A stretch of 64,000 nt of DNA from Isurus oxyrinchus (taxonomy: Eukaryota): assembly GCA_026770705.1 (NCBI GenBank), contig JANJGN010001184.1:1-64000 (forward strand), in the 5' to 3' direction. The number at the start of each line of letters is the position of its first letter. The stretch's first letter is position 1. A program made the translations under genes and the position numbers. Below are positions 63,417 to 64,000 of this stretch, piece after piece. The notes beneath the pieces were generated by a model. The model ran no database searches, was not told the DNA's origin, and saw only the letters and a program-made list of their open reading frames with translations.

Positions 63417-63698
63417 ATGCACCACAGGATGTCTCAATTACATCACTTGGTATGATTAACGCTTCATCGATCAATATAATTGAGGGGAATCCTGCAGTGA
63501 TAATCTGCTCTGTCGAGAGCTTCCCAGCTTCTAACCTGACGTGGCGACATCTTAATGTCCCAGTGAACAGAACAAGTTCCAACAATGAGCTGTGGTTGGT
63601 GATTCCTCACGTTACATCCAGGGACACTGGAGACTATCAGTGTGTGGCAGAGAATGAACATGGAGCAGTGGAGGGATTCATAACCATCACTGTGGAAC
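63417..63698 (+). CDS. Gene A tandem Ig exon 12 (gene continues beyond the window)
   Basis: 282 nt, tttag/gtgagt, APQDVSITSLG..GNPA..PVNRTS; no TM exon seen before 64000. Confidence 0.92.
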
Positions 63699-63724
63699 GT
63701 GAGTTACACAGACCTCAACATCTT

Positions 63725-63786
<62 letters not shown>

Positions 63787-64000
63787 ATGTGGGGGCACAT
63801 ACATGCACATTTACACACAGTCATACATGTGCATAAACCTACACAGAAACATACACACAGTCAACTCACACACACACACTCACACGTGCACACACATACA
63901 CATACACATGTACACACATTCACTTATGCACAGAAATATACACAAAGACACACGCACATTTGCGCAAACACATACACACATGCACACACAGACACATGTG

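Noticed and set aside
47226-63698. Assigning the symbol SIGLEC1, CD22 or MAG to gene A
   Set aside because: Domain count comes from recent exon duplication and the tail is not visible; orthology needs a phylogeny.

Overview
Repeat-rich vertebrate DNA, most likely from a cartilaginous fish (inferred from Deu-domain SINEs, CR1/L2 LINE relics and 33-bp SINE-derived arrays). It is an innate-immune locus with five main parts. (1) A three-exon hepcidin (hamp) gene at 16224-21151 (+) that the ORF track misses. Its 8-Cys mature peptide is atypical, and its signal-peptide frame is one base out of register with the exon-1 donor. (2) Siglec-like gene A (+, from 47226 to beyond the window end): leader, a V-set domain with the essential Arg, one C2 domain and at least 12 near-identical tandem 282-bp Ig exons. 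(3) Siglec-like gene B (-, 37673 to 28989), an inverted head-to-head paralog of A. It ends in a transmembrane exon with an intramembrane Arg and a short Tyr-free tail (activating type) and carries several disabling lesions. (4) Two orphan inhibitory-type Siglec tail exons (TEYAQI) with 3'UTR and polyA signals, lying between A and B. (5) An older MAG/Siglec-like pseudogene C (9550-10702) fused to a Gypsy relic. All translations and alignments were done by eye; no database searches were run.
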